Below, one piece after another: positions 1-11,835 of a stretch of 64,000 nucleotides of DNA (position 1 is its first letter; each line of letters opens with the position of its first letter). Under the pieces are notes generated by a model that made no database searches, was not told where the DNA came from, and saw only the letters and a list, made by a program, of their open reading frames with translations. The translations under genes were made by a program, and so were the position numbers. The DNA is from Bugula neritina (Eukaryota > Animalia > Bryozoa): positions 19,389,700 to 19,453,699 of the forward strand of contig OZ037768.1 in assembly GCA_964035545.1 (NCBI GenBank), in the 5' to 3' direction.

Positions 1-498
1 TTGACTGCCATTATTGAGACTATTGTAATTTGATGATGGCTAGTAGAGCAGTGTTTGCTGGTAGACTCAGGTGGCTGTGGTTGGTTCTTGTCAAGTATTT
101 AATATGTGATAATGTTGGAGTACATCTTATATTATGTAATTATTTATAATTATATTAGCTGAGCACTAAGTTTGTATGTTGAGTTTTTTCTCTCCATGTT
201 GTCATTTATTATGAAGTAAACAGTAGAGCAGCTCAATGAATTATTCAATACTGACTCGTAGAACTTTATTATCTTCAACATAATCTGCTTAGTTCCATGT
301 TTAAAGCAAGTCTTTCTGTGTGAGAAATATGTTTGATATTTGTTATAGTGCAGCTGCAGGTATATTATTGGACATATCTCCGTTACTGTATTATACTAGA
401 AAGTAGAAACTGTATGTAGTTGTGTCAGCTGTTGTGATGTCACTGTAGTCTGTCTGTGTGTCTCAAACTGATACAATCTGGTGTTATTTTATTTACAG

Positions 499-635
499 GG
501 AAACTCTTGCAGACATTTCCAAGAGAAAGTCTTGATGTGAGTGATGTTGTGCATGACATTGCTGTGTATAACGGAGACAAGGTGTTTCTAGCATGTGGAG
601 AGGATGGACTGAGGAGATACACAATAAAATACTAA
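499..635 (+). CDS. Terminal coding exon of a gene starting upstream of the window; beta-propeller blade-like peptide
   Basis: Acceptor ttatttacag|GG at 498/499; open frame (G)KLLQTFPRESLDVSDVVHDIAVYNGDKVFLACGEDGLRRYTIKY* with TAA at 633-635; AATAAA at 666-671. The DIAV..D.VFLA.G..GL pattern resembles NHL/LVIVD/WD-type blades. Confidence 0.55.
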
Positions 636-1479
636 ACTTATCAGCTATATTTTACTAATTTACTAAATAAAGTTTATTTATAAAAACATTTTCTGACTAG
701 TTGTATGAATCAGTCGCATATGTTCCTACTTGTAGTCACAAGAAATTAAAATGCATTAGCGCAGCTGTTATACTTGAGAGGTAAATAAAAGCTGAGCCTC
801 AGGTTAACCTGCAGGTCTACAAATACTAAGAAATAAACCTCACACACTGAAAGTAATAAATAACTTGAGTGTATATGACAGACATGCAGGTGCAGAGTAA
901 CTCAAACATAACTGTAGACAACATATTTCTAACATTACATAATCATGTCTCATGTCCAGTTCAGAAATTAGCAATCACATGTTAGCATAAGTGGCACTGA
1001 AGCTTATTTCCTGATCAATAGCAGAATAATTATAATAAATCATTTCTAAATTTAAACTGTTTTGCAGATTAGACTTTGATATCAGGAAGTTTTGTTGAAT
1101 ATGTTTGACTTTGCAATGCATACTTTTTGGATAACTATATTATCCTTAATCATGTTCACATGTCAAGAAGAAAATGCAGATTTCAAGGTCACCAGAGGAA
1201 TAGAGATGAAAGAGAACTCTGAGTGGATGTCTTACAGATTTATTCCAGATAAATAAGAATAAAGTTTCCCAGAAGTTGCATGAAGTATCAAAATATTTTA
1301 TATGCTGAAATGTAAAAAAGGCTACAATGTATCTATATGTTATTATAAAAATTAAAATTGTACTCACTACATTACATTATCTCATACCTCTGTTCTCGCT
1401 GCAGCAATTGTTGTAAGTGTTCCATGTAGTTGAATAGGCTGTGTATCTTCCCACAGTTTGCACTGCTAGCTGCTAGTTG

Positions 1480-1582
1480 TAAAATATTTGTGCCTACTGG
1501 GATTCGAACCACAGACCAATGGCTTGCAAGCTGCAGTGCCAACTGTTACATTACAGGGGCTAGTGGGTAATTTCAACACTAC
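1480..1582 (-). mobile_element. Degenerate tRNA(Ala-like)-derived repeat, family A
   Basis: Minus strand reads gtagtgttgaaattacccactagcc...tgtaatgtaac...ttgcaagcc...GGTTCGAATCCC (B box); homologous to 8403-8516, 17555-17660 and 41671-42670. Confidence 0.6.
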
Positions 1583-2300
1583 AGTCTACAGTCTACAGTC
1601 TACACCAATGCTTTTCTGTGCAATGTCGCAGCTATGAAGATTTTATCTCCTATAGACAATGAGAATGCATTTAGCATTTTCTGCTTTTCTTGGGATAATA
1701 ATTGGTTGAAATTACTAAAATAATTTATTTACCTTCATTAATACAGTTTATGACCTTAACCTTAACCTTTGTACTAAAAAATTAGCACGTAGAGTTCTTC
1801 ATCTCACCATTCAAATGCTTCAAGATGTCTATTTCGGCATGTTTATCAGAAAAACGTCTGCATGCATGCAAGGTGTACCCTCACAACAAACATTAAAGTA
1901 GTTCTCATTCCAATTTAATGTTGGTCACAAGAAATAAACAAAAAGTAGTAACTATAATTTACACATTTTACTCTGCTAATGCAAAGTTTATTAATTTGTT
2001 GTAAGCTTTTTCAGCATTTGACGTTTTAGTTAAGCTGAAGTTGTTACTTGACTATTCAAATTTATTGCAAAACATATTTTGTCATTTTTTACAATTGTTT
2101 AAAGCTGTGACTACTCTGCGCTTTCACCACTGTAAATCTATACGTCAATAAAAGTCAGAAACCTTTTCATTTTCCCTCTTTCATTAAAACCTTTTTATTG
2201 AAACTTTGCATAAGTGATTTTATTGCGCAAATGTTTTCTATTTCTCAACAAAACACAGATATTTTTATATGAGTAGTAAAAGTACTTTTTTTCTATATAT

Positions 2301-5300
2301 CATCATCATCATCATTATCATCTTGCCGATTGTCGTGTCCGACTATGACTTCTGGTGTATCATTAGTCTCTATCTGGGTCTTTCAAGTGACAGCATTTGC
2401 CATTTACCGAGATATATCCCCTTGTCTTTAAGGTTGCGTTTAATGGTATATTTGTAACGGAGACTCGGTCTGCCAATGTCACGGGAGCTTTTTTGTTAGC
2501 TGTGAGTATAGAACTTGTTTTGGGATCCTGGTGTTGTTTAATCTGTTGATATGTTCGACCCATCTTAGATTTCTTTGGATGAGGGTGTCATATAAACTGG
2601 TAATGTTGGTTTTCTAAAGGATCTTCATATTGGATACAAAGTGCCACCATTTCACTGACAATATCTGTCTTAGCTGATTCATAAGAAAGGCATTCAGCTT
2701 GTGTGCCTTGATTTTATAGACTGTCCATGACTCCACTCCATATAGCAGTGTAGATAGAACAATGGCTTGGTAGACTGCACATTTTGTCTTGGTTGTCAGG
2801 TCTCCGTTATCCCAAACCCTTTCTCGTAGCCTTCCGAAAGTTTGTGATGCTTTTGACATTCTCAACGGGAGTTCTTGATCAAGTTTGTTGTTGTTTGTGA
2901 TGATTGAGCCAAGATATTTAAAGTTCTTGACTGTGTTGAGGATTTCTCCATCTATACTGATCTTTTTTCCCTCATCATGTTTTCCTGGTGGTGGTTGATA
3001 CATCATTTCTGTTTTGGTTATATTTATCTTCAGTCCAAAGTCTTTGGCAGATTTTGCGAAACGGGTGATGACTTTTTGAGCCTGCTGATGGTAGTAGGCA
3101 ACAAAGGCAGTGTCATCAGCAAACATGAGTTCTCTGATGAGTACCTTTCTTGTTCTGGTGGAAGATTTGAACTAATTGACATTGAACAAGTCAGCGCCAG
3201 GTCTTGATTGAATCCATACACTCTTATCATAGCCATCAAAAGCATGGTTCATAACCATAGTGAGATAGATAGAGAACAGGGTCAGAGCTAGCACGCAGCC
3301 TTGTCTTACACCGTTTGTGATCTCGAATGGTGCTGGGAGATCTCCTTTCAGGTTGACAGAGGCTTTCATTCCTGTATGTAGGGCTGCAATCAGGTTAGTG
3401 AACTGGTCTGGGCAGCCAAGCTTTCTTAAAACCATCCACAATGTCGATCGGTTTACTGTGTCAAATGCCTTTGTGAAATCAACAAAGATCATGTATAGAG
3501 GCATATTCTGTTCTATGCATTTTTCCTGAATCTGTCTTAGTGAGAATATCATGTCTGAGGTGCCTCTACCTGCTCGAAAACCGCACTGAGTTTTTGGGAG
3601 AAACTGTTCTACATGTTGTGTAAGTCTATTGAGTAATATACGGGCAAATACCTTCCCCGGGATAGAGAGTAGTGAGATGCTACGGTAATTTCCGCAAATG
3701 CGCCTGTCTCCTTTCTTGAAGATCGTGACTAGCTGTGCATCTTTCCAATCTTGTGGTACCTCTTCGTTTCTCCATGACTCTGTGATGAGTTCAGTAAGCC
3801 TCAGTATAAGCTCTGCACCACCTTTCTTCAACAGCTCAGGATGAATACCATCAACTCCTGGTGACTTCCTGTCAGAGAGCGCATTTACACCTCTCATAAT
3901 CTCTGTGACATCGAGAAATTCATTTATCTATTTTTGGGTTGGCTGCTGGTGTATGTGACTGGTGATGTCAGGGTTCGCATTTCCTGTTTTATTTAGGAGT
4001 GTTTGGAAGTGCTCTGTCCATCTCTGCATCAAACCATCTATCTGGGTGAGGAGGGTGTGGCTGCACTTGTCAAATAGTTGGTCTGGGTGGTTTACACGTG
4101 GACCCCAGACTGCCCTCATGTTTTTGTAGAAGCTTCTCATGTCATTTCGGTTAGCCAGTTCCTGCAGTTCAGCTGCCTTGTCTTGCCACCATTTTTTCTT
4201 TAGTTCACGGCATTTCTTTTGAAGTGTTCTGTTACATTCCTTGTACTTTCTTTTGGTTTTCCTGGTCGATCGGTTCATGACAGCAGAACGTGCTAGGTTC
4301 CTCTCACTTAATAGGTCTTGTAGTTCTATAGAGTGTTCATCAAACCAGTCCTCGTGTTTTCTGCCAACAGTGCCTAGCTTCTCCTTCGAAGTTTCATAAA
4401 CTGTGTTCTTAAAGTTTTTGCATGCGTCGTCAAGTGTTCCAGGTGTTCTCAAGCTCAGTTTCTCACTTAGTGCTGTTTTCAAGTCATCAAGTATTTTCTT
4501 ATCTTTCAATTTGTTGGCGTTGAGCTTTTTACTTGTTTGTTTGAACTTCTTCATTTTTCTTTTGATGATGAGGCTAGTGCGTGATTTTATCATGATATGG
4601 TCTGTGTTGCAGTCTGCCCCACGCATTGCTCTGGTGTCGTGTATGTCCTTCAAATCACGTTGACGGGTGATGACATAGTCAATCAGGTGCCAATGCTTGG
4701 ATCGGGAGTGCATCCATTAGTTCTTGTGGGCTGGCTTATGTTTGAAAAAGGTGTTGGTGATTGCAAGTTGAAATTGGTTGCAAAGGTTCAGAAGACGTTC
4801 ACCATTAGCATTGATTTTTCCAGAGCCGTGCATTCCTATGACATTTTTCCAGGTAAAAGAGTCGTCACCTACGCAAGCATTAAAATCACCCATAAAGATG
4901 ATTTTGTCAGAGATATGGATATCCCTCAGCGTCTGGTTGAGCTGGTCATAAAAGCTATCAATACTTCCAGTAGTATTGGTTATTGTTGGGGCATAGATTG
5001 TTACAATGATACAGTAACGGTCATGTTTCAGTGGTAGTCTCAATGTCATAATTCTGTCATTTACAGGTTTAGGATCCTCGCAAAGTTTTGATGTGATGTT
5101 GTTACTGATGGCTAGTCCTACGCCTGATTCGCTCTTCTCTGATGATGGTTTCCCACTCCAGTAGATAGTATATCCACTCTCCTCACGTATACAACCGATC
5201 TCAGCAAATCGTACTTCACTCAATGCAGCAATGTCTATTAGGTAGTTTGACAGCACCTTTGATATAATGGCGCTTCTTCTTTCTGGTCGTTCAGCGTATA

Positions 5301-5820
5301 AACGGTCTAGCATGGTTCTGATGTTTCATGATGCTAGGTTAAGTTTATTATGGGGTTGGACCTTTTTATCCTGGGCGACGTCTGGCCAGTATAAGTATTC
5401 TTTCTTGTGTGACTTCATGATACAACATGTGCTGGCAGGAATTTGTGAGGCTACTGTGTGGTTTGCCAGTTGGCACAGCAGCCCTCTCCACTATGCAGTG
5501 TCAATTAAGCTGGCAAGGATGATCCAAGATGAGCTCAGACTCTGAGTAGTCGCAGTGACCGGCCGGATATAGTTCAGCGAGTGAAGAATAACCGCCCTTG
5601 CAGGATGTCAAAAGCCTGTCTTTTTTGTCTGGGTGTAGCTCCCATAGATCTCTGAGCCGTTAGCCTGGTAGAACCAGTTACCAGTGCTAACCACGTGGAG
5701 GTGCCTCAGAGTCTTGATGATTGGTGACTTTGCCAGTTAGTACTGGCACTTCGTCGCCTCAGCATCCTTATTGTGTCTTCCTCCACTTTAGTAAGCTTAG
5801 CAGACATCCACCATCACCAG
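2301..5820 (-). mobile_element. Full-length, decayed RTE-clade non-LTR retrotransposon (APE endonuclease + RT)
   Basis: ORF fragments 4717-5313 (RPERRSAII..DIAALSEVR, GDFNA), 3928-4713 (HLIDYVI, TDH), 3172-3897 (KSPGVDGI, QCGFR, FVDFTKAFD, GVRQG), 2614-3126 (FADD, FKYLGS) broken by stops/frameshifts; (GAT)n 3' tail at 2301-2322; 16-bp TSD with one mismatch at 2285-2300 and 5821-5836. Confidence 0.93.
5646..5766 (-). ncRNA. HDV-like (nested double pseudoknot) self-cleaving ribozyme in the RTE 5' UTR
   Basis: Minus strand: P1 GAUGCUG(5766-5760)/UAGCACU(5689-5683); P2 CUCUGAGGC(5711-5703)/GGCUCAGAG(5658-5650); P3 ACC/GGU closing L3 UCCACGU(5699-5693); P1.1 GG(5682-5681); P4 CUGGU-UCU-ACCAG; J4/2 GCUAAC with candidate catalytic C at 5663. 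Confidence 0.82.
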
Positions 5821-5903
5821 CTTTTTTTATATATATGCCAATATTAACTTGTGTCTATAAAGTAGAAGATCTGTTGCCAGTTGGTATGTAATATGCTTCT
5901 TAA

Positions 5904-6106
5904 GAGCCATAGTCTAGGGGTTAGAGGGCTGGCTTAATCAACACAATTTCATGGGTTCGAATCCCAGTACCTGCCACTGGTGTTGTTAAGGAGACATAAT
6001 TGCTCGTGCAACATATGAAAAAGTCCCTAGCCCAAATTTAAAAGAAATATTTTCCATCAGTGGTTCTCACAGGGATAGTGGCTATAAACTTGCCTAAGTT
6101 TATATA
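5904..6106 (+). mobile_element. tRNA-derived SINE, family B
   Basis: A-box-like tagtctagggg, B box GGTTCGAATCCC; body homologous to 18296-18502; flanking direct repeat atgcttcttaa at 5893-5903 and 6107-6117. Confidence 0.75.
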
Positions 6107-8402
6107 ATGCTTCTTAATTACATGATTTTCTATAGTTACCAAATAATCTCACATAACGAAAACATAATATTTAACTGAATACTACACCACCATGCAAGTA
6201 TCTTTTTGAACTTAAATCAGTGAATAATATTTATTTAATATTGCATGCAAATTATTAACCAGCATTTCTAATAAACTATAGTTGATGTTTACTGCTTGTT
6301 TTTAGATGTTCCCTCCTTGACTGCATGCTCACACTTGTGTCTAGGAGAAAAGGAATGTGTTGCTACTCTGTATGACATTTCTCTACACGATTGTCAACTC
6401 TTTTCTTACTGTTTACTAGATGTCATTTCTACACATAGCAACACCGACTTAGTTTACATGAATAAGCGTGGCGTCAAAACCAAGTTATACAAGGGTGAGT
6501 AAATACAACATGACTTCATTAATTGCACTTTAAAAACTAGCTGTTAAACAAACCTAATATTATAGTAAAGTAAGAGAAAAAATGTGCACATATAGCTATA
6601 AAAGATCTCAAATTAAAATATGCCTTATTTTCTAATCAGCATACATCAGTATAATGATATGCAAATAATATATAAGATAGTAATCTTATATAATAATGCT
6701 TTTGGTTATATAATATGTGTACTTGTTAAGCCATAGGTTGGGACCTGAATGAAATAGATTTCACTTATTAACTTTTTGCCTGCTATTTTTACCAAAATAG
6801 TTGTTTTCATTATTTGTAAAAGTTAAACTTTAAGCTGCGCAAATATTATTATATAATGAGATTAAAGGTAAGTAATTAAAGAAAATAGTTTTATATTCTT
6901 AGGCATAGCAATGCAGTGTAAATATGGAAAAGTAATGCATTTAACAGATAGCATACCTAGATTAGAATAATAAATTGCATAATATTATTACATGCGATGA
7001 ATGTTCCTACATGTAGTAAAATTTGTAAAAAGATAATTCTATGTATCAAATTTTATAAACATGTATCATCATAGTTACTCAAGTGTATGAGTCATGAGAA
7101 ATCCTACAGATTTTAATTGTTATTTTGACTCATTAGATTGTCAAGAGGCATTTGAGTCTGGAGCAAGATGTCCTGGTGTCTACACACTGAGAGATCCAGA
7201 TACTTCTATGGAGTTTGATGTATACTGTGAGTTTGACAGTGAACATGGCTGGACTGTGATACAGAGAAGACTGGATGGTTCTGTTGACTTCTACAGAGGT
7301 TGGGATGATTATGTGGCTGGATTTGGCAACCTGTCAGGAGAATACTGGCTGGGTTAGTTTCAGATTTGATATTATATACATAATATTATTTTAATTTTAC
7401 TTTACTGACTTGCTTTGCATTATGAATTAAACATACGGTATTGGTTGATCAAAAAGATCTGGCTCAGTAGCTGCTAAGACAACCAATGCATACTATTACC
7501 AATCTACATGTATGTATAGCTTCACAGTATCATTATCGTGACAATCAGTACACTTTTTATATTCATTTTTTTGGTCAATTAAGGTTTGGACTACATCAAC
7601 TACTTGACTGCCACCAACAAAAAGTTGAGTATCTATCTGGAAGATCATGAGGGAGAAGTGAGACACGCTGACTATTCCACTTTCTTCATTAGTGACAGCT
7701 CTACAAACTATATGTTGAATGTAAGAAAACAAATGTATTGTTGAAATAACAAACAAAATAATTATATATCTTATTTTTGGTATTGACTGGTTTACAAATA
7801 TATCATGTAGTATATACTAACTTTAACGGCAGGTTTGAGAACTGATTACAGCTGTACCTGTATAACTAAAAAACTAACATCATTTATGCCGTCAATTATC
7901 AGATGCCATGCTGAATATAAAAATTACTCCTTTCACAGCCACCAACCTCTGGGTCACTATCTGTAGAACCAATACTTCCAAATTGTCGCTCTCTCCAAAA
8001 GCACTACTTTCCAACTACTTCCTTTCATGATCATTACCTTTATATTCATTATCTACAGTAACTATTTCTGCAGTCAGAGTCACTAATCCAGAGCCACCAC
8101 CTTTGAATTCACTCTCTCCAAACTCTCTCTACCACCTTAGTCTTTACCTCAAATATCACTCTCCGCATACTCCCTACTTTACAGTCAAGCTAAGGTATCT
8201 ATGCTAAAAGCAAGTAATGTTATAATGACATCATATTTTCTCCAGTTCTCGGGATACAGTGGAGATGCAGGAAACTCTTTGTCAGTTCACGGTTACCCGT
8301 TTAGTACTAAAGATGTGGATAATGATGAAAGTGCTGATAGTTGTGCTCATGTATGTACAGGTAAGACACGTGTGCCATAATGTTAATAAACTGCAAGTTG
8401 AC

Positions 8403-8516
8403 ACTAAAAAAAACTTTACTCCTACAGGGTACCGAACCCAAGACGTCTGGTCTTGCAAGCAAGCATGCTAACCATTAGCTAGGGTACAAGGCTACTAAAT
8501 AATCACAATTCACTAT
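8403..8516 (-). mobile_element. Degenerate tRNA(Ala-like)-derived repeat, family A
   Basis: Minus strand: taatggttagcatgcttgcttgcaagaccagacgtcttgggttcggtaccc; similar to the other family A copies; absent at the homologous position of FReD copy 2. Confidence 0.6.
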
Positions 8517-9086
8517 AAACACAAGTAATGCAGTTTGAATGCAGCATAAACTTGAGTTGGTAATTAGTAATAAAGAAAAAATTTGAAAATATTATTCAAA
8601 TGCTGTAAATTAAACTATAAATTAGTGCACATGAAATAACACAACTATAAACATAAAAGCTACAGTCATTACTATATGAACTTAACAAAGCAACTATACC
8701 AATAAATATAATTGATGTTTGATATACACTCTATGGACTATAACACATGATTAATATAAGCTTTTACTTGAATGGTAAGCTAAAGCTTTATAAATTTTAC
8801 AATAGTTTATTGGATCTTAATTATTATACAAATGGAGTGACATGAAAGTATTGTTCTATTAATCTGGAAATCATCAAAGATATAAAATAAATTGTAAAAT
8901 TTTTTAACATAACAGAAACAATAAATTGTGAACAATTTAATAGGTCACTAATTTCAGCAGCATATATTCATTTATTATAAAATAGTGCAAAAAAATTAAG
9001 CCGATTAGGATCTAATAAAAAGCTTAATTTTAATAAAAAGCTTTGCTGTAAGATTTCAAAATTGATTTAATAGTTTAAAATTATTG

Positions 9087-9470
9087 TTGAAGAAAATAAA
9101 CTTGAACGGATTTTTGTAGTTTTGGTTTCTGAGCAACGATGAAGTACTAATTCAGCATTGCTCAGCAACCAAAACCACAAAAATCCGTTCAAGTGTATTT
9201 TCTTCAAAATCTTATATGAAGAAATTATTTTTAAATTTGCTTTAACTGCTAATGTGTGCGCTTATACCAAAATATCTATCACCTAAATGAACAATTGTGT
9301 AGCATAATTTGAATTCTAAGTAGCAGACAAACTTTAAACTTTTAATGAGTTTGCTCTTTATACAAAGGTTCAACCTATTCACTTTGGGAGGGCACGACTC
9401 TCATTGTAAAGGAGATATTGGAGCCCATTGAAAAGGGTCTATTAATCTTATGAACTTATAAGCCAGCACA
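9087..9470. repeat. Interspersed repeat containing a ~120-bp hairpin (9087-9207)
   Basis: ttgaagaaaataaacttgaacggatttttgt...acaaaaatccgttcaagtgtattttcttcaa is an inverted repeat; the hairpin and the downstream ttgggag...gggtctatt block recur at 27381-27600. Confidence 0.75.
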
Positions 9471-11835
9471 TGCAACCCATGCAGTTATCATTAATATTGT
9501 GTTTCAGGAGCCTGGTGGTATTCTAGCTGTCACTCTTCCAACCTGAATGGTGTCTGGTATCCAGGAAATCCATTGGATGTAGACAATGCACCTTTTGCTA
9601 AAGGAATTGTTTGGTACTACTGGAGAGGATTTGATTATTCATTGAAAGCAACCGCTATGAAAGTTACCAGATAGTTTTGCTTTGATTTACAACTATTGTT
9701 GTTGAAAAGCTTGTCCAACGTTGAAGTTATATATTATAGCCACCAAATCTTTCACACTTTGACAAATTGCAAGTAGCTTTAAGCCAGTTTAATATTTTAT
9801 GTTGCATAAAAAGTAAACAATCACCAAAAAGGTAAAGTTAATAACCAAATTTGAAAGCTATTTTTACGTATGCATATTTAAATTTGTACTTGGCGTATTG
9901 TTTCTGGTTGTAACTTCAATGAAGTCAGTTACCATGTCACCAACTTCTATCATGCAAATGTGCCATTTTGGTATTATAGCTACATAGGTGTTAAACTTCT
10001 TGCATCAATATAACTTATAATTTGTTATTTAGATTATTTTCGAAAATTCTTTGCTTAACTTTGTGCCTACTTAAAGTTGAAGTCAACGATTAACTTGTTT
10101 TCACATAAATAGCAAGCTGTAATAAATTTGGTTGGGAAACTGGCGTCAGCGTAGCACCTATAATATGTGCAGTTTATAATAGTTTAGGAAAATAAATCAG
10201 TTGAACATATTACACTGCGTTATGTGTTCTCATTTATTACCTAATAAAGTGCCAAAAAAAGAACAACAAACAATTTGAGCTTATTTAGATTCCGATTGTG
10301 GTTCAAGCATGCTTATTCAGTAATTTATATATTATAGATACGCTGGTTTTAATTTTTGTGTACTTGATTCTAGTGTGTTTTAATAAATCTGCAGAACTTA
10401 TAGTATTTAAATCAAAACATATTATTTATTTACACGAATATACAATTATACCTCCTCTTTTATGAATAAGCATCAATTTACATATAATAATTATATATTG
10501 CCTAGCTATATACTGATAATCAGAAGGAGAGATATGTTTGATCAACTAACCATGCAAGTCTTTTTAAATATCATGTGTTATTGATTAGAATATTTAATTT
10601 CTCTACTTTAATGACAGTAAAATTAGTCTCATGGCCAGACCTGTTGTGAAATGGTTGTTTTCCATACTTTTATCGGTTATATAATACAAAACCAATGACA
10701 GAAAAGAGGAACTGGGGCAGCTACTTGAAACTGGAATATATATCAAGTTATAGCTGATCAATGCTGCTGTGTATGAAACATAAACTGCGATATGTTATTT
10801 ATAATTATTATTTACATGGATATAGAATGGCTATAGTATTACAATGAAATTAAGTACCACTTCATCTGACATGCATATCTTTGCTACATACCTATAATAT
10901 TCTATAAGACATATTTTATAACAAAGTTCGCAGTTCCAAACATAGCATATGATGGCTGAAGTAAAGGCCATGATGCATTTAGAACATATATGTAAATAAA
11001 GAGATCTTCAACTAAAATAATTAATACATAAAATGACTAACTTTGGATTTTAACAATCCCAGACATATTCTTTTGTTACAGAAACAAAACGTTTGTTGCT
11101 ATATTGTCAAAATTTACAGTAATCATATAGTTTGGAAAATTTAATAGCCATGACAAGAGATATTAAAATGCAAATATGAATTTTTTTCCTCTCATAATTA
11201 AAAAATTATGGGCTTTTTGCGAATAAACAAAAAAATATTAGAAATAAATAAATCTATCGCTGTTGACACATAAGGAAAGGTATAGGTTGAATAACCACTT
11301 TGTTTTTAAATCCTGAATTTTTTTAGTTCATTAACTGAAAATTCCTGTGTGTGTTTTACTTAACTTTTCATTTTGTGCTACATATAGGGGTTATAAATAA
11401 AGAAATTTATTATTGTAACTAATACAATCTATTATATTGCAAACAGGCACGAACCTTTACCCCGTTGGGACTACTGGGTAATTACATCACAACTATTTAT
11501 ATATAAACACATATTATCACAAAATATGTTTTTGGTAAATTTTATACTAGAGTGCTCAATAAAGTGAAACTGCAATATGACCTGAAAAACCTTTGCATGC
11601 AATACTTCTAATTTTACTTTCAACCATAAACATAATTAACCAAGTATAATATATATCTATTTAATTGCTAACAAGTTACTAGTCAGTCACATTTACCATG
11701 GGTGATTGTTTTTCAAGGAGGTTGGCAGTTAAACATTATGTCATCAGCTGCATGGCAGCTTACAACTTCCTGATCAATAGCAGAACCTCAACAGAATAGG
11801 TTATCAATCCTTCTGATCATTTTATGCAGTTGAAA

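Larger units (their letters stand above)
1101..9674 (+). pseudogene. PAN/apple + fibrinogen-domain (FReD) gene, copy 1; probably disabled at the intron-1 donor
   Basis: Exons 1101-1248, 6306-6494, 7137-7352, 7584-7720, 8246-8360, 9508-9674 have the same lengths as copy 2 (148/189/216/137/115/167 nt; 323 aa) and carry FReD motifs VYCE..GWTVIQRRLDGSVDF, GEYWLG, FSTKD.DND, GAWWY..CH.SNLNG. The donor after exon 1 reads AT (1249-1250) where the paralogues have GT; read-through reaches TAA at 1254-1256. An RTE LINE and a SINE lie in intron 1. Confidence 0.7.

Noticed and set aside
1249-6305. FReD copy 1 intron 1 as a U12 AT-AC intron
   Set aside because: The donor is ATAAATAA, not ATATCCTT, and the acceptor is AG; the paralogues have GT.
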